Notes under the pieces: model-generated | Seen by the model: only the letters and a program-made list of their open reading frames with translations | What the model was told of the DNA's origin: nothing | The model's database searches: none | Made by a program: the position numbers and the translations under genes | Assembly (NCBI GenBank): GCA_030390025.1 | Contig: CM059432.1 | Coordinates: 127,040,001-127,104,000, forward strand | From: Squalus acanthias | Taxonomy: Eukaryota | Direction: 5' to 3' | DNA length: 64,000 nucleotides | Shown: piece by piece, positions 1 to 12,400 of the stretch | Numbering within the stretch: position 1 is the first letter of the stretch | How the letters are laid out: each line of letters begins with the position of its first letter

Positions 1-570
1 ACACTACAACTACTGTTAGGGGGCCTATAAACCACTCCCACTAGTGTTTTCTGCCCCTTGTTGTTTCTTAGCTCCACCCAAACTGATTCTACATTTTGTT
101 TTTCCGAAGCAAGATCCTTTCTCTCTACTGTTTTTATCTCCTCCTTTATTATCAGGGCAACCCCACCCCCCAACCCACCCAACCCACAACTTTTCCAATC
201 TGCCTGTCTCTTCTAAAAGACAAATATCCTGGAATATTTAGTTCCCAACCTTTTTTCACTCTGCAACCACGTCTCTGCAATGGCTATTAAATCAAACCCA
301 TTTATTTTTATCTGTGCTATTAATTCATCCACTTTGTTGCGAATGCTTCGTGCATTCAGATATAGTACCTTTAGCTTTAGCTTTTTTCTATTTTTCCCTG
401 ATGTCATTTTAGTCACTGATGCTCTATTACCTTTATTAATCTCTCTGTCCCTTCCTGACCTACTTGGCTTATCTTTACCCGGATCACTACTCTGCTCTAC
501 AGCCTTGACATTTCTCTTACTGCTTTTGAATTTACCCTTTCATGAATCCTCCTACCCGCCCCTCCCCCCT
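1..570 (-). mobile_element. CR1 LINE fragment (ORF2 endonuclease N-terminus)
   Basis: [15 protein letters not shown]...IAETWL motif. Confidence 0.85.
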
Positions 571-1252
571 TAACATGCAAATACAGCAAGCAATTAGATA
601 GATAAATGGTATGCTAGCCTTTATTGCAAAGGGGTTGGAGTATAAGAGTAAGGAAGTCTTGCTGCAATTATATAGAGCTTTGGTGAGACCACACCTGGCG
701 TACTGTGTACAGTTTTGGTCTCCTTACCTAAGGAAGGATATACTTGCCTTAGAGGCGGTGCAACAAAGGTTCACTAGATTGATTCCTGGGATGAGAGGGT
801 TGTCCTATGAGGTGAGATTGAGCAGACTGGGCCGATATTCTCTGGAGTTTAGAAGAATGAGAGGTGATCTCATTGAAATGTATACATTTTTTAGATGCCT
901 TGACAGGGTAGATGCTGAGAGTCTGTTTATCCTGGCTGGAGAGTCTAGAACCAGGGGCCAGAATCTCAGAATAAGGGTCGGCCATTTAGGACTGAGATGA
1001 GGAGAAATTTCTTCACTCAGAGAGTTGTGAATCTTTGGAATTCTTTACCCCAGAGGGCTGTGGATGCTCAGTCGTTGAGTATATTTAAGACAGAGATCGA
1101 TAGATTTTTGGACACTAAGGGAATCAAGGGATATGGGGATCAGGCAGGAAAGTGGAGTTGAGGTAGAAGATCAGCCATGATCTTCTTGAATAGCGGAGCA
1201 GGCTCGAGGGGCAATATGGCCTACTCCTACTCCTATTTCTTATGCTCTTATG
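571..1252 (+). mobile_element. CR1 LINE 3' fragment
   Basis: [18 protein letters not shown] motif and cctactcct...cttatg tail. Confidence 0.9.
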
Positions 1253-1388
1253 TTATTAGGAACAGAGTGACTGAGCACTTGGACAAATATGAACTGACCA
1301 GAGAGAGCCAGCATGGATTTGTAAAGGGTAAGTCATGTCTGATGAACCTAGTTGAATTTTTTAAGGAGATAAGTAATGTGGTAGATAA

Positions 1389-2194
1389 TGCCCTTTTACC
1401 TCCTCCCTTCCCACTGTCCAGGGCCCCAAACACCCCTTCCAGGTGAAACAGCGATTTACTTGTACTTCTTGCAATTTAGTATACTGTATTCGCTGCTCAC
1501 GATGCAGTCTCCTCTACATTGGGGAGACCAAATGCAGATTGGGTGACCGCTTTGCGGAACACCTCCGTTCAGTCCGTAAGGGTGTCCCAAGCTTCCGGTC
1601 GCCTGTCACTTTAATTCTCTGCTCCACTCCCACTCAGACCTCACCATCCTCGGCCTCTTACACTGTTCCAAAGAAGTTCAACGTAAGCTCGAGGAACAGT
1701 ACCTCATCTTTCAAATAGGCACTTTACAGCCTTCTGGACTCAACATAGAGTTCAACAATTTCAGACTATAACCTCGGCCCCTATACTTTTTTTTCCATTC
1801 ATTTATTTATTTCTCTCTCCCACATGGCAGCTGTCTTTCATTCTGCCAGTGCCATTTACACTTCATCTAGAGCTATCTTTTGTTTCTTTACTGGCCCCAT
1901 TACCATCTCCTTTTGCCTCGCACTATCATCCCTTTTGTCATTCAGTCTCTCCTGCCTTCCATCCTATCACAGACCTTCCCTTTTGTTCTTTCCTCCCCTC
2001 CCCCCTTTCCCTGCCCCTACACTTGCTTAAAATCTGTTACATCTCTAACTTTTTCCAGTTCTGACGAAGGGTCATCTACCTGAAACGTTAACTCTGTTTC
2101 TCTCTCCACAGATGCTGCCTGACCTGCTGAGTATTTCCAGCATTTTCTGTTTTTATTTCAGATTTCCAGCATCCGCAGTATTTTGCTTTTGTAT
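1389..2194 (+). mobile_element. Penelope-like element 3' fragment (GIY-YIG endonuclease plus terminal repeat)
   Basis: NLVYCIRCSRCSLLYIGETK..L.DRF.EH motif; 12-bp TSD TGTGGTAGATAA at 1377-1388 and 2195-2206. Confidence 0.85.
2057..2093 (+). ncRNA. Minimal hammerhead ribozyme motif in Penelope-like terminal repeat
   Basis: AGUU-CUGACGA-A-GGGU(caucu)ACCU-GAAACGUU-AACU. Confidence 0.65.
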
Positions 2195-3005
2195 TGTGGT
2201 AGATAAGGGAGTGGTTATGGCTGTTGTTTATATAGACTTCCAGAAGGCATTTGATAAGGTTCCACCTAAGAGATTGTTAACAAAAATGAGAGCACATGGA
2301 ATTGGAGGCAATCTACTGATGTGGGTAGGGAATTGGTTAGGAGGTAGGAGACAGAGAGTAAGGATAATGGGTATGTACTCCAATTGGTAGGATGTGACTA
2401 GTGGTGTCCCCCAGTGATCTGTACTGGGGCCTCTGCCTTTAATTATATTTATCAATGACATAGATGAAGGAATATAAAGCCATATATCCAAGTTTGCTGA
2501 TGACACCAAGTTAGGTGGCACAGTAAATAGTGTAGAAGGGAGCAGAGAGTTGCAAAGGCACATTGATAGATTAAATAGTAGACTCCTGATTAAGGTCAGA
2601 GCATGTGGAGTCAGGGTACAAGTAGCAGAATGGATAGCAAGCTGGCTACAATACAGAAAACAGAGAGTAGGGGCTAAGGGTAGCTACTCAGACTGGCAAA
2701 AGGTGGGAAGTGCTGTTGCACAAGGATCAGTGCTGGGACCACTGTGATCCACTACATAAACAATTTGGATTCAGGAATCGGAAGTACAATTTTAAAATTT
2801 GCTAACACCAAATTGGGGGGAGTATAGTTAATACTGACAAAATACAAGAAGACATTAATAAACTTGCAGAATGGGCATGTAATTGGCAAATTAATTTCAA
2901 TATAGATAGGTGTGAGGTGGTGCATTTTGGTAGGAACAATAAGGAGGCCACACACTGCTTGGATAATAAGAGTCTAAATGGAGTAGAAGAGCAAAGGGAT
3001 CTAGG

Positions 3006-3080
3006 GCAGTGGTTCTCAAACTGGGTTGTGCAGACCCCTGGGGGTCCACGGAGACCTTCCAAGGGGTCTGTGAAGCACTG
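3006..3080 (+). mobile_element. hAT-like transposon end
   Basis: Begins CAGTGGTTCTCAAACT where the CR1 sequence breaks off; other end not found. Confidence 0.45.
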
Positions 3081-3699
3081 ACCAATTATTCGTTGGAGAA
3101 GATCTTTGAAATATTGCAGACTGTAAAAATGAACCAATGACAATCGGGGAGGAGGCGGGACCAGTGTGTTCACGTTCGGGTTCCTTCCAATGACCTCATT
3201 GGTATCTGTGGGAGGAGAGCGGAGTTTGGCTGGCTGGTAATACGGCGAAGGGAGATTTATTTGGAAAAGCCTTCTCCTGGGGCCCAGCTTTGTTTATTTT
3301 TCAGTCTTATGGAGAGCAGAGATGTGGCTGAGAAGAGCAGAGTGTGCAATGGTGCAGGAGGTGGGGCGGCCTTCAGCTTACATCACTGCAAGTGGGAAGG
3401 GAAATGCCGTAATAGGCGAGGCCTTTCGGGGTAAATTCCGGGCACTGAGCAGTGGAGAAAGCGGACAAGACCACTTGAGGCTCCAGATCGTGGACTTCCA
3501 TGTTAGAAATCTTTGAAACTTTTGACACTGATGTTTACAACCTTTAAAAAAAAACAAATGTGTGAAAAATGGTTTTGTTTTACTTTCGTTTTGCCCTCAA
3601 GCCGATAGTGCAGATATATTCGGCAGACTCCGGCGATCCCTTGGCCTGGCTCAGTGCTCCATGCCCGGCTCCAGGTGTAACATTTATAAATTGTGCTCT

Positions 3700-3897
3700 T
3701 TATAATGACTTCCTTCCACCCGGCTTCCTGTAAGGACTCTATTCCATTCTCCCAGTTTCTCCGTTTCATCTGTTCTGATGATGCCACCTTCCATACTAGT
3801 GCTTCCTATATATTTTCCTTCTTCCTGAACTGAGGATTCCCCTCTACCGTGGTTGACAGGCCCTCGACTGTGTCAGCTCCATTTCCCGCACTTCTGT
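3700..3897 (+). mobile_element. Penelope-like RT C-terminal fragment
   Basis: Encodes HPASCKDSIPFSQFLR-like sequence. Confidence 0.6.
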
Positions 3898-4571
3898 ACC
3901 AGACGACACCCACAGCTTTGGTGCACCATAAGTACAGTTCCCATCAATTTCACAGTAAAGATACTGACTAGGAACCTTAGCAAGGGGGAGGGAAGTCACA
4001 TGAAGGATCGTAGACCTGTCTTGTTTTAAATCATGAGAGATTTTTTGCTCCCAAACACCATCATTAGTACAGGGGGAAGATGGAAAATTGACCGAATCCG
4101 AGCACCAGAACTGTGACAGGAGTGCACTGCTCATTATTTTCTGACTGGAAAGCAATGGTGGCTCAAGAGGCACATGTTGCTGGAGTGCGTGGCTTCATTA
4201 AAAGCTTCGAAGAACAAGTTAGTGAGGGAGGAGCTACCCTGCCCCACATTTCCTGCTGGCTCACTGCCCCAGCATGATTTCATTGGTGTGAACCTGTGCA
4301 AAACAGGTTACTTCAATATCACTTGGTACACCAAGGGAAATGGACTTTCTGGTCTGCAGCACAAATATGGTTAAAGCTGTAATGTCCTTTGCCAATGCAA
4401 GTGACAGAGTGAGGTCGCATTTTGTAAGAAGCATTTATGTTAGTTATTGTTGCCTTTTTGGAGTTTTCATTGGTTTTAGGCCCATTCTCATTTTGCTGTT
4501 TTTTGTTTATTTTTTCTATCTGCCTCTACTGTTCTGGGAAATAGCCCCTGCAACATAGGAAAGGCATTCCT

Positions 4572-5440
4572 TTGGTAATTCCTCTTGCCCTCAGGGAGCT
4601 AGAGAATGAAGAGTTCTACAGACATGAAGAGATGTACTTCCACCAGAGGAGGGCACAACAACCTGCTCCTGCCCATGGATTCGGATATACAATGTCACAG
4701 GTACTGGACAAGTCTGAGGATCAGTGTCTTTTCCACTTGCGTTTCACCAAGGGAATATCTTTGCAGTCAGACCTCCAAAGCTTGTCCACAACTGGGCTGA
4801 CTCAACCAGTTGTGGTGAAAGTTACAACTGCCTTGAACTTCTAGGTTACTGGCTCCTTTCAAGCTGCCAACTGTCAGATTAGCCAGTCTGCAGTGCACCA
4901 CTGCATACATCAGGTCACTGATAGTTTGGCAGGGTGAATGACCCTTCATCACTTCTCCTAAAGACAACAATCATCAGCAAGAGAGGGCTTTTCACTTCTT
5001 TTTAAAAATAGTGACCGGTTTGCCAAGATTGCCTCATTAATGGATCCCATGTGGTCATATGGGTTCCTTTCAGCAATTAAATGTTTATGAATTGGAGGGG
5101 CTTCCACCATCAATATCCAGTTCATATGTGACTATTAGAATTACATCATGCAAGTGGATGCCAGGTACCTTGGAATTTATACTAGTCAAAACAGTTCCAT
5201 CATTAGTTCAAGGCATTTCTGCCCTTAATGAATAGATCTTGAACAACCAGAAATACCCTTGAGTTGTTGCTGATGAGAGAGAGTGGAATTCAAGAAATAA
5301 AAGGATCCACAAAGATACAAATAGAGCAATAGGCATGCTGAAACCTTATCTGGATAGGGGGGGGAGGGTGTTCTGCTGTAAAGCCCTAGAAAGATCTCCA
5401 AATGATAGTACTGTAGTGTGCTGTATGCTGCATAGTTATC
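4572..5440 (+). pseudogene. Decayed PIF/Harbinger (HARBI1-like) transposase
   Basis: Fragments SEDQCL..LRFTK, KVTTALNF..TGSFQ, ISQSAVH.CI.QVTD.L with stops and frameshifts. Confidence 0.65.
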
Positions 5441-6049
5441 CTATCGGGTGCAAGAGGTGGCTCAGGAAGGGTCAGAAAAAGGTACAATGAGGCTGAGCTC
5501 CACTTCCTCAAGCACATAGCAGCCAGCCAGCCATATCCCTTCCTCTTACCACTGAGGGAGCACCTACAGGGAGCATATGACAGGTTCCAGATCAGCCAAA
5601 TTATACATTGTCACAAAGGTGAAACACTGGGGTAAAAAAGTTAGATACACACATTTTACATTTAGGGAAATACAATTTGGTTGTTCTAAAGTTCAATTAT
5701 ATATCCATAAAGTGTTCTTGGCAGTGTTGGATAATAGTTTAAGTTTTGTGAGGCTTTGCTACTGACAGAGTCCCACTCAAAGGCAGCACCGATGAGGGAA
5801 AAGGCAGGGAAGTCAGCACTCCTAATTTTCACGAAAAATAAATCACTGTAAAATCAGATGCACTGATTTCTGTGCGCGATTCTCTAATTTTCATCTCCAT
5901 CAAGTGAGGCTTTGCGACAGGAGTGGAGCCTTGCAAAATTTACCCTGTGGCTGGCCCTCCTCCGATCGCTCTATAGTTACGTCTCATTAGATGACAAAGT
6001 CATGCAGCATACAACAAATCTGGAGACTTTGGCTGGGCTGTATTGTAGG

Positions 6050-6393
6050 TCAAATTTAAAATTCTCATCCGTGTTCAAATCCCTCCATGGCCTCGCCCCT
6101 CCCTAGCTCTGTAACCTCCTCCAGCCCTACAATTGGAGATCTCTGCATTCCTCCAATTCTGGCCTCTTGTGCATCCCCGATTTCCTTCACCGCACCTTTG
6201 GCGTCTGTGCCTTTAGCTGTCTCGGCCCCAAGCTCTCTACCTCTCTCTAAGACGCACCTTAAAACCTACCTCGTTGACCAAACTTTTGGTCACCTGTCCA
6301 AATATCTCATGTGGCTCAGTTCACATTTTGTCTGATAACACTCCTGTGAAGCACCTTGGGACATTAAAGCACCATATAAATACAAGTTGTTGA
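6050..6393 (+). mobile_element. L2-like LINE 3' end
   Basis: Tail tgtgaagcaccttgggac...tataaatacaagttgttg; homologous to 7713-8150, 24450-24633 and 44213-44468. Confidence 0.7.
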
Positions 6394-7712
6394 TGTATGT
6401 GATCAGTCAAGGTATCCAAAATGCTGCTTTCATCTGCTTATTGTGTGTTCTATGATTCTAGTAGCTGCATGCACCTGTGCTCAACAATTGTTCATGGCTG
6501 TTGTAGAAGTTTTGTAAGCCATGGTTCAAAAAGCATAGTCTTGACTCCCATGAACTAGCTTCGCTCTTTTCTTTGTGGGTCAAATAACAGGGGCATAGTG
6601 GATTGCCTTAAAATAAATGTATCATGATTATGTGAATGGTGAGAAAATTGGCCCAAGATGACTCAAGACCCTTTGAAGGTGGCAAAAGTTTGACACATGT
6701 ATCAATTTAATTGTAAAGTTGTTGGAGCGGATGTCCGACTAGAATAATTCCTGTTAACTATTTTTGCAGGTTATGCATCAGTTCAATTTGTTAGACTAAA
6801 GCTCATTACCCAAGATTATTTTGCAAGTAGTGTATTCATCTTATAAATCTGATCAGGATTGACTGCTGGGAATTAGTTGCAATGAGACGGCACAGGGATG
6901 GAAGGTGACTTCGTAAGTAAGTGTGTACTTAAATAATTCCTCGAAGATTCTATGCTATTTTCTCAGAGAAACAAGACTGCCCATTTGCTTCGGAGTACAT
7001 TATCTCAAGTTCTGCGAAGAAATTTTCGAAGTAGGTTTGTTTAATTAACCCTTTGTGAACTGGCTGCATTTTTACTACTAACACTTCTGTAAATAACTCT
7101 ACACATGAATAAACCTTTATAATAGTTTAGCCAATTACAAAAAGTATTTGGAGTGGAGATATTACATGCTTTCTGAAGTGGTATGAGTACTATTCCAAAA
7201 GCAAATTAATAAAGGGAGAATTGCTTGCCCTGTAGCATGCTAGATCCCATATGCTAAGCACATAGTTAAGTTTCTGATCACAGGAAGTGTAGCCTTTCCT
7301 ATGAAAGCTGCCATTTACAGCAAGAAGAAAAAATGTATTAGAAGCAAGCCCAAATTGTAACTATCAAGGCTTAAAGTCTTGAAAGGGCCAGGTGTCTCAT
7401 CTATTTCCCCAGTTGGGTAATGCAGCAGTGTCCAAGATGTGGCCCGAGAGCTCCTACAAAAGCCCACTTCTTTCCTTTTGTTTGAATGTGGAGCAGTTCA
7501 AGCTCTCCAGCCTTGAGGATCTGCCTAACTGCTGCACTTAAGATGCAAGGGAACAGACCAGGCCCAGAAGAGCAAAAAGGTGAGGTAGTTATTGTGTGCA
7601 TACAATTTTTTTTTACTGCACTGTGGAGCTTAGAACTTTTATGCGAGGGTTTGGATTTTAAATAGGGGAATTATTTAAATTAAGCGGCTGTAGATTTCTA
7701 GTGTGGGCGGAG

Positions 7713-8150
7713 GACAACAACAACTACAATTTATATAGCGCCTTTAACGTAGTAAAACATCCCAAGGCGCTTCGCAGGAGTATTTTAAGACAAAAGTTGT
7801 GACACCGATCCACATAAAGATAAATTAGGGTAGATGACCAAAAGCTTGGTCAAAGAGGTAGGTTTTAAGGAGCATCTTAAAGGAGGAAAGAGAGGTAGCG
7901 AGGCGGACAGATTTAGGCAGGAAATTCCAGAGCTTAGGGCCTAGGCAACAGAAGGCACGGCCACCAAAGGTTGAGCGATTATAATCAGGGATGCTCAGGA
8001 GGGCAGAATTAGAGGAGCGCAGATATCTCGGGGGGTTGTGGGGCTGAAGGAGATTACAGAGATAGGAAGGGGCGAGGCCATGGAAGGATTTGAAAACAAG
8101 GATGAGAATTTTGAAATCGAGGCGCCGCTTAACCAGGAGCCAATGTAGGA
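7713..8150 (-). mobile_element. L2-like LINE 3' end
   Basis: (caa)n-tttatatagcgcctttaacgtagtaaaac, near-identical to 44213-44468. Confidence 0.75.
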
Positions 8151-8499
8151 CTGGAATTTCTAGTGCATCGGAGCTAGGATTTTATTAGTGTGGAGGGGGT
8201 CAATTTTTCAACATATGCAGCCAACTGAATGGTTGCACAAGTGAATAACAAAAAACTATTTATTTCATAAAAAAGCAGCCATGGAAATTAGAGCTTTTAA
8301 ATACTGCCAAAGTTCCAGATAAGGCAGTAGGAAGCCAAATGAAACCTATTTTGCCTACAAAAGTAAACCACATTGAGCTGTTTTGACGTGATAAGATGCT
8401 TTATCAATGCAAGTATTATTAGTGCTCAAGAAAAATGCAAGCAGGATGTGTTAGCCAGCTTGAGTTCTCTTCTTCTATTTGAGGTTGTTTGAAATTTAC

Positions 8500-9369
8500 C
8501 CAGTTGGACTTTAAACATTTATTAATAAACACACGGTAACTAAAGAGAAACCAACCATGTTGGTACTGTATATGTGAAGAAAATATAGGCGTCGAGCAAT
8601 ATTAAAAACCAAAAAAAGGAACTGACTTTTTTGTAGATAATATCAAGTAACATCTTGTATAGCAATGTATTTTACGTTGAACGGTAGACGTGTAAATGTA
8701 AATATGATCTCATCTTTAACAAGCTCCAGTCTGTTCTGTATTTTGCCTTTAACTCAATGTTCAATTAATATAAAAAGCCAAAATGAAGCTATATAATTTT
8801 ATTGGAAATCAAAACAGGGACAATAGATCATATAAAGTTTGCTGCAATTTTACATTTATTAAACTACAGAACAAAGCACATATTTTACACATCCTAAACA
8901 TTTTACACATCAAGTCAAATTGCTCTGGTTATTCTGTTAAATGGGCAAAAAAAACCTCAAGACATCTATAACAAGAATATCTGTATAAAAATTGTGAACA
9001 TGTAAACTGTTTAAGCAGGGAACCCAGTGATAGGTTTCCACCTCTTCCAAGTCATCCATTTTGTTGCATATTTTATTGTTGGTTTGTGGGGGGGGGGGGG
9101 GGGGGGGGGGGGAAGGGAGAAAGAGAAAGTAAAAAGTTACATCAACTCGCAGGCTTCATTTCAGATGGTTAAAATGTTAATTTTTCCACATGACCACTTG
9201 TAGTTATTCTAGCTGATTTCTGCCTGGTCCCGATTAACTATTTCAAGTGTTCGAGTTAAAATTTAACAAAAAAAAAATTAAAAACAAAGCAGGATTGTTC
9301 CACTGGTTTTCTTCCACGTTGGAATGTCAACCAGACATGCGATTGAACAGAACTGCAAAATTCAGTAAC
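8500..9369 (-). promoter_or_regulatory. Probable AZIN1 3' UTR with candidate polyadenylation signals
   Basis: AU-rich non-repeat sequence after the stop; minus-strand AATAAA at 8860-8855, 8823-8818 and 8523-8518; true end not determinable. Confidence 0.55.
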
Positions 9370-9499
9370 TTAAGCACTGATGCCAGACAAACTAGCAGCT
9401 GGAAAACCTTCTTCCTGGCTCAGCTGAAAACAAGAAGGCACACAAGAGAAGTTCTTCACAGATGTTTCCAAGGTTAAACCAACTTCCTGCATCCAATAC
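9370..9499 (-). CDS. AZIN1: AZIN1 last coding exon ([42 protein letters not shown])
   Basis: Acceptor ttgtctcag, TAA at 9372-9370, PSCxQLSQE resembles the AZIN1 C-terminus. Confidence 0.92.
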
Positions 9500-12400
9500 C
9501 TGAGACAAAAAAAAAATCAATTAAAGAAGAACATGTTAAAAGGCATCTAACCCTTTCATCCACTTCTGTCAAATCAACTGGTCATTAATGATGCCATTAT
9601 ATTATCTTCATGCTTATTTAACAAACGAAGTTTTGGGTTACTTACCAATCACTTATTGACATCACACAGTAAACTGGTAGTCTCTGGAACTCACTAAAAG
9701 CAGACTGCTCCAATGTGTATGCTCCCATGTTTTCAAAGATGACCCAATCACCAACACTTAATTCAGGTAGGAGACAGTGTTCCACAACTTGATCAAGCCC
9801 ATCACAGGATGGTCCCCACAGGCTGCTGGCAAATACAGGCTCTCCTGAATTAGGTTTCTAATGGGGAAAAAAAAGGGGAACAAATTAGAATGATTCTTCA
9901 GCTGCATTGGACCATCCCAGAAAAAAAAAGCACCTATAGAACGTTAAAGATGTGCTCGGCTTCAAATAGGTAACTTACACAGGAAGTATCTGCAAAAATA
10001 TACTTATTTTTAGCTCAGGCAAAACTAACTGAAGAGATGGCTTGTGTTAACTTTCACACCCAAAAGCAAGATATCTTACCCGAGGTATATAATACAGTAC
10101 TTCTATAAGTACGCTCATCGTAACAACTGGCCCCATTACAACAGTGACTACACATCAAAAGTACTTAATTGGCTGTAAAGCGCTTTGGGACGTCCGGTGG
10201 TCGTGAAAGGCACTATATAAACGCAAGTCTTTCTTATTATCAGTTCAGGTTTTGTTAGGTTGATGTACAAAATTACACTTACACTTCATGTAAATGCTTA
10301 ACTGCATTTGATGAATTAAAAAAACTTAAAATCAAGAATATTTGAATTTACGACAGTTTCTCTCCCTAATGCCCTCCAAACAATAACAATCTCACCTTGT
10401 GAAGAATTGGAATGGCATTCACAGTTCCATACAAATTGTTTGCAAAAGAGCCATAAACACCATCACTTATGTAATATATGAAGAATGGTTCATCATTCAT
10501 GGAGGACACAACCACTGTAATGGATAAGGAAACCATGATTAGTTTTCAGAACTCAATTTTTGTTAATTCTTTAGAAAAACCATAAAAAACAGCCATCGTG
10601 GACTGGATGGGCAGTGGATTTGTACACTGTCCTTTGGGTGAGGTCTAATTCAGCCCAGACTGATGGGATGACCGTCTCTGTCTAATAGTTTAAGGATTCT
10701 TGGGAAGATGAAGTTTTAAAGGAAAGGTTAGAAAACTCTTCAGCCTTGAAAAGAAGTACGAGGGGAAAACTTAGATATTCAAGATACTACATGGAATACA
10801 AATAAGGTTAATCCTGAGCACTATTTCAAGTTAAACCACAAATGCATGATGAGGGAACATGAAGTACCAACTGGTATTGGGAAATTCAGGAATGAAGCTA
10901 GGAAGCACTTTTTTTGAAGTGATTAATACCTGGGAATGCCTTCTGAAGAAGGTATGGAAGCACAAAGTCAAGTCATTTGAGACAACTGGATGCTGTTATG
11001 GAAGAAATTGTAGGTTTCTATGGAAAGAGGAGATAGATTAGCCAAATGGCCTCCCTCATCTGTACTTACCTTTGAGAGTTTCTAGTAGCTTCAATCCAGT
11101 TACTAGTGAATCAAGAATCCACAGGATAAACCCACCTATAATGTGGCACTTTAATTCAGGGAAACTACAACAATAGGTTGCATGCAAATCTAAGGTGGAG
11201 GAAGAGGGGAACTGGGAGTGAACCTATAGATATTGGGAATATTATTTTAAGGTTGGTAGTAAAGTATGTTATTGGGGCAGAATAGAAAGAACTCTACTTA
11301 AAAACTGGTTGTGTTACATCTGATCTAGAAATGTTTCATGCCATCAATGAGTTGTTCAAAGTGAGGGTGGGGGAAGAAAGAACCAAAGGCATGAACACAC
11401 TAAAAAGTAAATAAAAATAACAAAATTAGCCACTGCAATCAATTATTGGAACAACATACAAATATCCTATGAATGCATTATATAGCCATCATATGAATGC
11501 TTTATATAGATAGAGTTAATAGCATATTCAGCTCATAATGAAACTCGATGGGATTACCTCCAGACTGATCCTGTGAATCTCTTGCAACAGCCTTCTTGGC
11601 TACAATGTTAACTGCTAGAGTGAATGCAGAATTCACATAGTAGCTACCAGGTTCAGCAATGATTTTAATGCCGCTTTCAGAAGGGAAGTAAATATCAAGG
11701 AGTGGATTAATGGCATCAAAAACCTAGAATGGGAGACAAATTCATGACTAAAATACCAACCATATTCAGATTTGTATTATACATAAAGCAACACATTTAA
11801 AACTTAGGCTCACTAAACAGAGGTCCACTTGGAATAGCTAGCTTAATTTAAGAACAACCCCACTACTACTACTGTCTGCACATAGTGAAAACAATATAAA
11901 TCATTTCAAATATAGTGTCAAGTTATGTGCAAACAGCAAACTAAAAGGGTCAATTTTTTTAAAAAGCAGATTAGACTTTCCTATTCTATGGGAGAAATTA
12001 ATAAACCTCCAGATGAACATTTGGGGAGAAGATATGTAGCAGAGGCGGCAACTTGTTGCCAGGCCTTGGCCGATGAAGCTCTGCAACCAGCCATTATCAA
12101 TTGTGCAAGAGCAGTCCAGGTTGCGTTCTCTTCTGTGCTTACCACTTGACCATGAAGCAGAGATTCACGGATTGGGGAAATTATCCACGTCCTATTATTC
12201 TGTGACATAGTATATCGGATATTTTACCCCATACTTAGCATAAATTAGAACAAAGCCTTTTTCATACCTTTTCAAGCTGTAATTCACCATCTGTTCCAGA
12301 AAATCCACCTCCAATGTCAAGCAAATTCATGTTGAAACCAAACTCTTCCTATAACAGAGAACACGAGGAATCAGGAAGTTTTATTCAATTTGGCTTTGAA

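Larger units (their letters stand above)
1253..3004 (+). mobile_element. Decayed CR1 RT fragments hosting a Penelope-like insertion
   Basis: [33 protein letters not shown] motifs. Confidence 0.8.

Noticed and set aside
7581..7620. TGAGGTAGT let-7-like start
   Set aside because: Diverges after 9 nt and lacks a proper pre-miRNA hairpin
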